Shown: piece by piece, positions 7,473-15,994 of the stretch | How positions within the stretch are numbered: the first letter of the stretch is position 1 | Layout: every line of letters begins with the position of its first letter | From: an uncultured Bacteriovoracaceae bacterium | GTDB lineage: Bacteria > Bdellovibrionota > Bacteriovoracia > Bacteriovoracales > Bacteriovoracaceae | Length of the DNA: 23,647 nucleotides | NCBI GenBank assembly: GCA_964012805.1 | Contig: CAXGUD010000053.1 | Coordinates: forward strand, 1 to 23,647 | Direction: 5' to 3' | Made by a program: the position numbers and the translations under genes | The notes under the pieces: generated by a model | Database searches by the model: none | What the model was told of the DNA's origin: nothing | The model's input: the letters and a program-made list of their open reading frames with translations, nothing else

Positions 7473-9641
7473 TTATTTTTTCTCTATAACCACCGCATAC
7501 GGTTCACTGACATGTTTCGTTTCAAGATAGAGGATCTGGCTTTCATCATCATAGGTATGACTCCAACTAGCATCCTTATGGGTGTTATAGACCTTAATGG
7601 TATACCCATTGGGGTAATGCCTTTTTGGAACAAAGATTTCAGTTTTCGCTTTAACATTTTCTTTTGTTTTAAATTTTAAAAAGAATTCAGCTTTGTGGAC
7701 ATCAAACGAGTAACCTTCAGGGTGACCGGCAACGGCCCTTGGGTAGGCCCTGACTAAAAAGAAAAGCTTTTTATTTTCCTTTCGATCCCAATCAACGAGC
7801 GCCCAAGTCTTACTTGGCTGATTACTATACCAGGCCCAACCGGCCCCCATATAATCAAATAAATTAAGGGCCTCTTCTACATAATTATTAAAGTCCCCAG
7901 CGCTTTCATTGGCCCCTATCTCACCGGCCCACAAAGGAGCTTCGTGAAGGTTAGCTTCTCTAGACCTGTTTCGTGACCACATAGAGACCTGCTTTCTATC
8001 TGCCGAACCATAAGGAACATCCTCATGAATAAAGACAGGGTATAAATGAGGACTATAGACTATGCGAGATTCACCCCTTCTGACATCTTCAACCTTTTTT
8101 AAACCTGAAGGTAATCCAAAGTTAACGCTAAAAGACCTTGGCTCAAAGAAAATATACTTATCATTATCTAACTCACGAATTCCCTTAATAAGCCTCTTGT
8201 AAAAACCACCTAAGTAACGGAACTCAAAAAAGGGAGTTAGGTTTGGATGATGAGGCTCATTCATTAAATCGTAACCAATCACTTTTGGGTTATCTTTAAA
8301 CTTCTTAACGACCTCTTTCCATGCGTTGACGTAATGGTCTTGAAGCCAAGGGTGGTTGTCATAATCCCAAAACCTCTTATAGGCTTCCATGGTGGCGGGA
8401 TTAACATTTTCTAACCACCACATATGCTTGACAGGCTCCCATTCAGTATTTTCATAAATGATATCAGTAACATCTTCTTTAAGGTACTCTTCATAAGGCC
8501 CAACATCTGTCGCCCAAGCTGGAGCACCATTGCCACCAACTGCATAACCATAAACATCTTGGTGCATATCTAACACCACATAGGCTCCATTATCCGTATA
8601 CCACTTAACTCTTTCAGCAAGTCTCTCTAAATATTTATAATCATACTCCCCTTTTTTAGGCTCAACAGCGGCCCAAAAAATAAGAAAACGTATTCCATTA
8701 AATCCAAATTGTTTCGTTTCCTGAATAACATCTTGTTTCGTTACCCATGGCATGAATTGCTTGTTTGATTTAGAAGAGTTGGAAGAGTTCACTCCATGAA
8801 GGATAAGAGACCTTCCAAATTCGTCTTTAATGTATTTTATGTTCTTAGGTTTTTTGATTCCAATATAAACAGGGAGACTTGCTCTTCTTTCTTGTGAAAC
8901 CTTCTTTTTCACATCACCAGGACTTTTGCAAGTGACTTCAAGATTTTTATAACCTTTGGGACATGAACCTAAACAAAGAGGACCTTTTCCCGTGTAACCA
9001 CTTCTACACTTGGGGTAGCAGAGGGCGACTTCTTTTTCTTTCCCTTTAGGACAAATAGACGGTAACTTTCCAAGTCCTCTGGAATAACTTTTTCTCCAAT
9101 ACCAGCTCCGCCAATTTTTATAGCAAGCATAGCGGTAGGTTCTATATCCCTTTCCGCAACTTTGCCTACACCTGTTTCCATATTTGTCAGCTGCATACCC
9201 ATTTTTACACCTATCGAGACAGCGACCGGCTTTTTTATCCTTTCCACTCGGACAAACCTGAGTGCTTCCAACACCTCTATTATAACTTGGCCTTTTTTTA
9301 AGATCAGGTGGCAAGACACAAGCAATTCCCGTATCCGTATACCCTTCATCACAGTTTTTATAACAACGGTTAAGAACACCCTTCCAGCCATTGTCACATT
9401 TTCCGTAGCACATCCCTAATTCAAAATAATCAGTTTTCTCACACTTGGGGAATATCCCATCCTTTGTCATTTTATTATGAACCTCAGTGGAGACTGCTGA
9501 ATTTTCCTTGATGATTCTTTTGGTCTCTTTTTGCATCTCCTTGATTTCTTTTTGGAAATTGTCCTTTCCAAATAATTGAAAGGTCATAAAAAAAGAGAGG
9601 AAAAGGGGAACTAATTTTTTAAAGCAATGGTTTATTTTCAT
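7473..9641 (-). CDS. Secreted GH5 endoglycoceramidase-like glycosidase (paralog B) with N-terminal Cys-rich repeat module
   Basis: Signal peptide; 18 Cys in residues 67-238; catalytic domain with DEFGRSLILHGVN, FWAAVEP..GEYD..YL, LDMHQD, NGAPAWA, YDLMNEP, SPHLY, AGEIG, WAWY; then RAYPRAVAGHP and TEIFVP. These motifs are typical of Rhodococcus EGCase II-like GH5 enzymes and their C-terminal beta-sandwich. Confidence 0.88.
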   Translation of the reverse strand: MKINHCFKKLVPLFLSFFMTFQLFGKDNFQKEIKEMQKETKRIIKENSAVSTEVHNKMTKDGIFPKCEKTDYFELGMCYGKCDNGWKGVLNRCYKNCDEGYTDTGIACVLPPDLKKRPSYNRGVGSTQVCPSGKDKKAGRCLDRCKNGYAADKYGNRCRQSCGKGYRTYRYACYKNWRSWYWRKSYSRGLGKLPSICPKGKEKEVALCYPKCRSGYTGKGPLCLGSCPKGYKNLEVTCKSPGDVKKKVSQERRASLPVYIGIKKPKNIKYIKDEFGRSLILHGVNSSNSSKSNKQFMPWVTKQDVIQETKQFGFNGIRFLIFWAAVEPKKGEYDYKYLERLAERVKWYTDNGAYVVLDMHQDVYGYAVGGNGAPAWATDVGPYEEYLKEDVTDIIYENTEWEPVKHMWWLENVNPATMEAYKRFWDYDNHPWLQDHYVNAWKEVVKKFKDNPKVIGYDLMNEPHHPNLTPFFEFRYLGGFYKRLIKGIRELDNDKYIFFEPRSFSVNFGLPSGLKKVEDVRRGESRIVYSPHLYPVFIHEDVPYGSADRKQVSMWSRNRSREANLHEAPLWAGEIGANESAGDFNNYVEEALNLFDYMGAGWAWYSNQPSKTWALVDWDRKENKKLFFLVRAYPRAVAGHPEGYSFDVHKAEFFLKFKTKENVKAKTEIFVPKRHYPNGYTIKVYNTHKDASWSHTYDDESQILYLETKHVSEPYAVVIEKK
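8928..9443 (-). repeat. Three tandem intragenic 6-Cys protein repeats (about 63-67 aa period)
   Basis: Cys at 67/78/82/93/97/108, 130/141/145/158/162/173 and 197/208/212/223/227/238, giving C-x10-C-x3-C-x10(12)-C-x3-C-x10-C; linkers RPSYNRGVG and RKSYSRGLG. Confidence 0.92.
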
Positions 9642-9915
9642 TTTTTTCTCGATCTTTTTAGGTTGTTTCTCTATTTCGGAACAAAATTAAAATTAGTGAA
9701 AAAAATATATAAATAATTTTCTACTAATTTTCTTATTTTTTTATTGAGGGTTTGTTTAGAAAGGCTGAAGATAAAACAATAACTAAAACCAAATGAGTCG
9801 TTTTTTTTAAAACTGCTGACTTCTCTTAAAACTTTGAAATTTAGTTCATGACTAATCAAACATTGTAAAATTTCTCTCAATCACTAAACTACATTTGTAT
9901 TATTAAATAGGACAT

Positions 9916-11727
9916 TTATTTTTTCAAAAGGTCCTCAAGGCTATTAATTGAATTGTTCACTAAATTAATTCCATTGTCCCAAAAAGTATTCTCTTCAATG
10001 TTTTTCCCTAAATACTTTGAAACAAGCTCCTCGGCCGTCATTTTTCCTGTGTCTCTTAAAACTTTATTATAAGTATTAGCAAAGTTTTCACTATCTTTAA
10101 GAGAATAGAGACCTAAACTAAAAAGGTAACCAAACAGATAAGGATAGTTATAAAAACCTAAACCTGAAATAGAAAAGTGAAGTTTACTAGACCAAAACAT
10201 TGAGTCGTATTCAGACAAAGTATCGCCATACCACTTCTTCCATGCTGAGGTCATCATAGTTTTCAACTGATCAGGAGTCAGATTCCTTTTAAACCTTTCC
10301 TCAACCAGGTTTTTCTCAAACTCAAACCTTGCTGGAATATTAATAAGAAGAGTTGCACCACTTAAAGCATTTTGCCAAAGTATTTTTAATTTATCCTGAT
10401 CATCAGAGCATTCGCTCAAAATTGAATCTCTCACTAAAGTTTCAGCGAAAATACTGGCCGTCTCTGCCAAAGTCATTGGATAACTAGTTTCGCCTAAAGG
10501 AAGATCCCTCATAACCCAATTGTGGTAAGCATGGCCTAACTCATGGGCCAAAGTTAAAACATTACCCATTGATCCAGTGTAAGTCATAAACACTCTTGGC
10601 TCTCTTAACTTTGAAAACCGGCTGCAATAGGCTCCTGGGTTTCTTTTAGGTGTTGGCAAAGAATCTATCCACTTCTTATCGGCCATCATTTCTACAAATT
10701 CCCCCATCTCTGGATTAAATTTTGAAAATGACTTTTTAATGATATTGATTGCCTCTGGGAAAGGTATTTTTTCCTCTTTCTCAATGTTTATGGGACAAGG
10801 AGAAAGAAGGTCCCAAGGACCTAACTTCGAAACGTCCATTATTTTCGCCATGACCTTAAGGGCCTTCTGCCCTACAGACCGATTCTCATAAGCTGAATCC
10901 ATCAATGCATTCAAGGTTTTATTTGTAATCCGGCTTTCGTGACAAGACTGATCCAAGTAATGGAGAGGTCTCTTTGTCGACCTCATCTTATTTGATTCAA
11001 TCCTCCACCCATTGATTGCATTTAAAATCGCCGAAGTAGACTCTTTGTAACCTTCCCATGATTTATTAATGGCCAACCAAGCCTTTTTTCTACTTTCTCT
11101 ATTTGGCCCTCTTAATAAAGAGCTTGCTTGGGCCAATCCCATTTTTTCTCCGTCAATGTCAATTTCCATATTTCCGGCGATATCCCGATAAAGCTTTCCC
11201 CATGCATGAAGACCATCCACTGAAAGTCCAGTCAGGGCCACTTCTTCTTTTGTTGTTAAAAGAAAATCAATCCTTTTTCTCAAACTTTCGAAAAGAAACT
11301 TAGATTCCTGTACTCTTTCATCTTTGATAAAATCATTAAAAAAAGAGTCCGCAGACTTAACTAAAAATATTTCTAAAGGAGCTATGGCCTTCTTTAAATC
11401 AGAACTTAATTTTTGGGCCCTCGAAGAAACTTCTTTAGCATCTTTATGATCTGCTTCAGTACTTAATTTAAAGTAGGAATAGGAACTTAACATTTGTAAA
11501 TCGACAGAAAGGTCCATTTTTTTTCTTAAAAGGTTCCTTGATGATTCAAGGTAGGAGTTTAGATCAGCATCACTTTTTTCAAGAAGCTCTTCAAAAGGCT
11601 CAGCTTCCTTCTCAATTTCAGGAATGACCTTTTCTGCCATTTCTAAATCTGAACTCATTTTGGGGTCATCAAACCCTTTGTAGGCCTTTGAATTATCCCA
11701 AGTAATATTTTCTAATGTGTTATCCAT
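9916..11727 (-). CDS. pepF: M3-family oligoendopeptidase F
   Basis: Zinc motif TLAHELGHAYH, PMTLAETASIFAE, GAYC, WSSKLHF, FYNYPYLFGYLF. Start moved from 11799 to ATG 11727 (MDNTLENITWD), which has GAGGAG 6 nt upstream. Confidence 0.92.
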   Translation of the reverse strand: MDNTLENITWDNSKAYKGFDDPKMSSDLEMAEKVIPEIEKEAEPFEELLEKSDADLNSYLESSRNLLRKKMDLSVDLQMLSSYSYFKLSTEADHKDAKEVSSRAQKLSSDLKKAIAPLEIFLVKSADSFFNDFIKDERVQESKFLFESLRKRIDFLLTTKEEVALTGLSVDGLHAWGKLYRDIAGNMEIDIDGEKMGLAQASSLLRGPNRESRKKAWLAINKSWEGYKESTSAILNAINGWRIESNKMRSTKRPLHYLDQSCHESRITNKTLNALMDSAYENRSVGQKALKVMAKIMDVSKLGPWDLLSPCPINIEKEEKIPFPEAINIIKKSFSKFNPEMGEFVEMMADKKWIDSLPTPKRNPGAYCSRFSKLREPRVFMTYTGSMGNVLTLAHELGHAYHNWVMRDLPLGETSYPMTLAETASIFAETLVRDSILSECSDDQDKLKILWQNALSGATLLINIPARFEFEKNLVEERFKRNLTPDQLKTMMTSAWKKWYGDTLSEYDSMFWSSKLHFSISGLGFYNYPYLFGYLFSLGLYSLKDSENFANTYNKVLRDTGKMTAEELVSKYLGKNIEENTFWDNGINLVNNSINSLEDLLKK

Positions 11728-11906
11728 AACAAGCTCCTCAAAAATGACTGGAAAGGTAAGAGTATTGAACCTCAGTGATTTCTTTATGCGAGTGATCATT
11801 AAGTTTGGTTAAATATTTATATATTAAACTACTTTAGTATTGTATAGATTATTAGAAAGATAGACTAAAAATTGTTGAAGCTTTTATAGAGAAAAGGGGT
11901 TCCTCG

Positions 11907-12935
11907 ATGAAGAGTTCCATTGGTTTTGTCACTTGTCAGGACTTGGGTCCTTACTTTCCTAGTTCAAAAAACCCTCTTTATACACACGATGACCAAGCTG
12001 CAGTCGATTACCTCGAAGAAAAAGGTATTTCTATATCACCCGTTGTATGGGGAACACCTCCCAAAGACCTTAAAAAGAGGGACTTTTCTTTACTTATTGT
12101 GCGGTCAACTTGGGACTATATGGACTCGGAAGAAAAGAGGACCAATTTTTTAGCATGGCTTCGAGAGTGTCATAGTGAATCACTTAATGTCCTTAACCCA
12201 GTCCCCTTGATGCTTTGGAATATGGACAAGCGCTATCTTCTTGACCTTAAAAATGAAAATATTGCAACTGTTAATACGACACTTATTCCAAGTGATCAGG
12301 ACTTAAACCTCATGAAGATTTTTGAGGAGAGGGGCCCTTTTGTTGTAAAGCCGACTATCTCAGCGGCGGCCGTAGACACTTTTAGAGTTTTATCCGTTGA
12401 GGATGCAAAGTCCATTTCTCAAGGTACAAGCCCCGATGAAACGCGTCCATTCGAAAAGATTAGGAAAGGTCGCAACATGCTCATCCAGCCTTACCATAAA
12501 GAAATTGAAACTGAAGGTGAATGGTCTCTTATCTTCCTCAATGGAAACTATAGCCATAGCGTCTTAAAAAAACCAAAAAAAGGCGGGTGGCTAGTTCAAG
12601 ATGAGAGGGGCGGTTCAGTTCACTGCCTTAAAGCTTCTCCCATTATTGAAGAGAAAGCAAAAATTGCATTTTCTAAAATAAGGGACTCCTTCAATAATTC
12701 TCTCTTTTTTCACTCTCAAGAGGGGAAAAAACAAGAGTTAAAAAGTACGCCTCTTTATGCAAGAGTCGACTTGATTCCAACAAGCCTAGGGCCTCTTGTT
12801 GGGGAGTTAGAAATGGTTGAGCCTGAACTCTTTTTTCTTTTTAGAGATGGAAAAAGCTTATCACCCCAAAAAGACGCCTTAGAGAGATTTTACGAAGGTA
12901 TTCTCAAGTTCACAAAAAATAAGGTGACTACTTAA
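11907..12935 (+). CDS. ATP-grasp protein, RimK/glutathione-synthetase-like (DcsG-like subgroup)
   Basis: VRSTWDY, LNP...WNMDKRYL, VVKPTISAAA, IQPY..EI.TEGEWSLIF, HSVLK, VQDERGG, YARVDL, ELEMVEPELF. Confidence 0.85.
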   Translation: MKSSIGFVTCQDLGPYFPSSKNPLYTHDDQAAVDYLEEKGISISPVVWGTPPKDLKKRDFSLLIVRSTWDYMDSEEKRTNFLAWLRECHSESLNVLNPVPLMLWNMDKRYLLDLKNENIATVNTTLIPSDQDLNLMKIFEERGPFVVKPTISAAAVDTFRVLSVEDAKSISQGTSPDETRPFEKIRKGRNMLIQPYHKEIETEGEWSLIFLNGNYSHSVLKKPKKGGWLVQDERGGSVHCLKASPIIEEKAKIAFSKIRDSFNNSLFFHSQEGKKQELKSTPLYARVDLIPTSLGPLVGELEMVEPELFFLFRDGKSLSPQKDALERFYEGILKFTKNKVTT

Positions 12936-13003
12936 ATCTGGTATCGTTCCCTACCCTCTATAATTGAGTTTTGATTTGAGCGAAAATCATATGAGGGAAG
13001 GAT

Positions 13004-15586
13004 ATGTCAGACAAAAAAAAGAAATCGTCAGTTGCCTTAAAAATGACCCCTCTTATTCTTTTATCAACTTTAGCTGTTGCATTAATCGCTTTTACACTGA
13101 TTATAAATCAGGACTACCGCGAAGAAGTCCAAGAAGTTGAAAAGTCATTGGAAGATATTAATAAAATCCATCTACCGCCTATAGCTCTTTCGCTTTTTTA
13201 TGAGGACCGTGGACAAGTTTTAGAATCCCTTAAGGCAATTATAAAAATTCCTGAAATTGTAGAACTTCGAGTAAAGCTTATAGATGAGGACAAGGACGCT
13301 TATTCTTTAGTCAGTCCTAATCACAAGGATATGCCCATAAAGGAAAGGCGGTACCTAGGCCCCTATAAAAAGTACGATATCATCTACAAAGAAAACAGTG
13401 GAGAATTTAAGCCTCTCAATATGGGAACTATTCACCTATACGCTAGCTTAGAGATTGCGAAGGAAAAAGTTAATAAGCAAATTTTTAACTTTGGTATCAT
13501 TCAAATTTCTCAAGTTATTGCCCTCGGTTTTTTCTTTTTTCTTATTTTTCAATTTTTTGTAGCAAAACACCTTAAAAATATGGCCTCGTATGCTCAAAAT
13601 CTTGATTTTGAAGATCTTTCAGGTCCCGACCTTGAACTTAAAAGGAATTTACCGGAATCGACTGATGAGCTTCAGGACCTGACGGACTCATTTAACGATA
13701 TGAAAAGAAAGCTCGAAAAAGCTCATAAACAACTTAGGAGCTATGCCGAAGACTTAATTGAAATTGTTTTTGAAAAAACGGAAGAGTTAAATCAAGAAAA
13801 AAATAATATAGCCAAACTTTTACATAATATGTCTCAAGCAGTTTTTAAAATTAACAGTGAGCACAAAATAGTTGAACCTATTTCAGATTTTACTAAAGAG
13901 ATTTTTGGTGAAGATATTATCGGTAAAAACATATACGACGTTATGTATAAGGAAATAGACCCTAAAAGCATCACTTATAGCGATATCCAATCAGTATTAA
14001 ACATCTGTTTTTATGGTGACGATATTCAGTGGTTTGCTGTGAGCCATTTTATACCTGAAACAATAACCATAATAAAAAATGGTGAGAAAAGAATAATTAA
14101 TTCCATCCACGACCCAATTTTTAACGAAGATGGTAATCTCGAATACTTATTGTATGTAGTTGAAGACGTCACTGAAAAAGTGCAACAAGAAACTGAACTC
14201 CATAAAAAAGATGAAGAACTAAAAATTATGAAAGAGGCTTTAGATTTTGGTTCAAAAAGAGACCTCAGTAAAATTATGATTCAGAACTTTAAAAGAATTA
14301 ACAATTCAATAAATATTTTTAAAAATTTTAAAGACCTTACAACTGACGATGATAGAAAATCTCTTTTGATTGAAATATTTAGAGACCTTCATACAATAAA
14401 GGGGAGTTCAGGTTCCCTAGATCAAATAAGAGATTTAGTTCACTCTATTGAAGAAGGTGTTGATGGTATAATAAAAGGACATTTAAACTTTTCTATAGAT
14501 TTTCTTTCTAGGCTTGAATTAGATATATTTAAAATACATGGGCTCTTCATTAATTATTTAAAAGTTATTAATAATCAACTTAAAATAAATATTCCAGTCG
14601 AAAGTAATTTTTTAGATGAGAGAGTGAGTGACATATCAGTATTTGAAAATAACAGTGATTGGATTAAAGACTTAACAAGGCTAGAAAATGAGTGCTTATA
14701 CTTTTCAAAATTATGCCTTTCTATTAATGAAACAGACACCTATGAAATCATAAAAAAGATACTTAATATACTTCATGAAAATAAACTTGATGATGCATTT
14801 TTAGAAAAGCCAGGAGTTAAAAACACTGTCGAAGAGCTATTAGTTGAAATTAAAAGCTCCCTAAAAGTTGTTCTCCAAAAGCTTATAGAGTTTATTGAGA
14901 GTTCCAAAAAATCTTCCGAAGAAAATATTCCACTTGAAAATTTTAATATAATTAAAAATGAAATTTGGAATATTCAAAAAAATGGGAAACTTGATAAAGA
15001 TTTATTTGAAAAAATTTGTAATAAAGTTAATGGTGAATCTATTTTTAATATTTTGATGTCTTTTGAAAAACAAATTAGCGATATATCCATCGAACTTGAA
15101 AAAAAGACTTCGTTTAATGTCATAGGCGAAGACTTCTTAATACCAATCCCTAAGGCCCAAAGCCTAAAAGATATTTTGGTCCACATGATTAGAAATTCAA
15201 TAGACCATGGCTTAGAAAAAGCGGAAGACAGGAAAAAAAGTGGGAAAGATGAGGTTGGTAATTTAGTAATAAAATACTCAAAATTAGAAAATACAGATTG
15301 TAGTTTTAAAATAGAATTATCAGATGATGGGTTTGGAATTGATACATCAAAGATTTATCAAAAGGCAGTTTATTCAGGTCTCATTAAAAATGAAGAACTA
15401 AATCATCAAGAAAAATTAAATCTAATTTTCCACCCTTTATTAAGCTCAAAAGATGATGCAGATGAATTGAGTGGAAGAGGTATCGGAATGGATGCAGTGA
15501 AAAGCCTCATCCAAAGTATTGGAGGAGAGATTAAAGTTTCCTCCACTCCTTTAAAAGGAACTAAATTTGAAATCATTATTCCATAA
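13004..15586 (+). CDS. Membrane-anchored CheA-like histidine kinase (TM-sensor-TM-HAMP-PAS-like-Hpt-HATPase), no CheW domain
   Basis: Two hydrophobic helices; HAMP DELQDLTDSFNDM; PAS-like LLHNMSQAVFKIN...YVVEDVTE; Hpt FRDLHTIKGSS; CheA-type HATPase LVHMIRNSIDHGLE, DDGFGID, ELSGRGIGMD, GTKFEIIIP followed directly by the stop. Confidence 0.9.
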   Translation: MSDKKKKSSVALKMTPLILLSTLAVALIAFTLIINQDYREEVQEVEKSLEDINKIHLPPIALSLFYEDRGQVLESLKAIIKIPEIVELRVKLIDEDKDAYSLVSPNHKDMPIKERRYLGPYKKYDIIYKENSGEFKPLNMGTIHLYASLEIAKEKVNKQIFNFGIIQISQVIALGFFFFLIFQFFVAKHLKNMASYAQNLDFEDLSGPDLELKRNLPESTDELQDLTDSFNDMKRKLEKAHKQLRSYAEDLIEIVFEKTEELNQEKNNIAKLLHNMSQAVFKINSEHKIVEPISDFTKEIFGEDIIGKNIYDVMYKEIDPKSITYSDIQSVLNICFYGDDIQWFAVSHFIPETITIIKNGEKRIINSIHDPIFNEDGNLEYLLYVVEDVTEKVQQETELHKKDEELKIMKEALDFGSKRDLSKIMIQNFKRINNSINIFKNFKDLTTDDDRKSLLIEIFRDLHTIKGSSGSLDQIRDLVHSIEEGVDGIIKGHLNFSIDFLSRLELDIFKIHGLFINYLKVINNQLKINIPVESNFLDERVSDISVFENNSDWIKDLTRLENECLYFSKLCLSINETDTYEIIKKILNILHENKLDDAFLEKPGVKNTVEELLVEIKSSLKVVLQKLIEFIESSKKSSEENIPLENFNIIKNEIWNIQKNGKLDKDLFEKICNKVNGESIFNILMSFEKQISDISIELEKKTSFNVIGEDFLIPIPKAQSLKDILVHMIRNSIDHGLEKAEDRKKSGKDEVGNLVIKYSKLENTDCSFKIELSDDGFGIDTSKIYQKAVYSGLIKNEELNHQEKLNLIFHPLLSSKDDADELSGRGIGMDAVKSLIQSIGGEIKVSSTPLKGTKFEIIIP

Positions 15587-15610
15587 TAAAATGTTAATAC
15601 GGAGTAACTA

Positions 15611-15994
15611 ATGGTTAAGAAGATTCTACTCGTTGAAGATAACCGAGAATATATTGATATGCTTAAGACAATATTAAGTGAACATGGCTACCAGGTCATA
15701 ACAGCTTATAATGGTGAAGATGGACTTGAAATCCTTAAAAAAGATGCAAGCTCAATAGACATTATTATTACTGACCTTCACATGCCAGGCATTAGTGGAC
15801 TAGAGCTCGCAAAAGAAATTTTTTTACAAAAAATAACAGAAGCTCCCATTGTCATTTTGACAACAGAAACAAGCCCTCAGATGAAGAAAGAAGGGACTCA
15901 AGCCGGAATCCATCATTGGATTATTAAACCAATAAAAAAAGAAATTTTTTTAGGAACGGTTGACTTAATTTTTAAAAGGTATTGCCAGAATTAA
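15611..15994 (+). CDS. Single-domain response regulator, CheY-like
   Basis: ILLVED, IIITDLHMPGISG (phospho-acceptor Asp), ILTTE, WIIKP; GGAG RBS; 24 nt after the kinase stop. Confidence 0.92.
   Translation: MVKKILLVEDNREYIDMLKTILSEHGYQVITAYNGEDGLEILKKDASSIDIIITDLHMPGISGLELAKEIFLQKITEAPIVILTTETSPQMKKEGTQAGIHHWIIKPIKKEIFLGTVDLIFKRYCQN

Noticed and set aside
8969..9419. Alternative-frame ORFs (8969..9397 minus, 9162..9419 plus) over the Cys repeats
   Set aside because: Shadow frames of a clearly patterned coding region, with no motifs of their own.
9689..9731. 9-bp inverted repeat aaaattagt/actaatttt upstream of GH5 paralog B, and a near-palindrome at 9841-9855
   Set aside because: Short and almost all A/T in a very AT-rich spacer; not distinguishable from chance without homologues.
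9671..9880. 69-aa minus-strand ORF between pepF and GH5 paralog B
   Set aside because: TTG start, no clear RBS, and an F/K/N/I-rich translation of very AT-rich DNA. More likely promoter or intergenic sequence.
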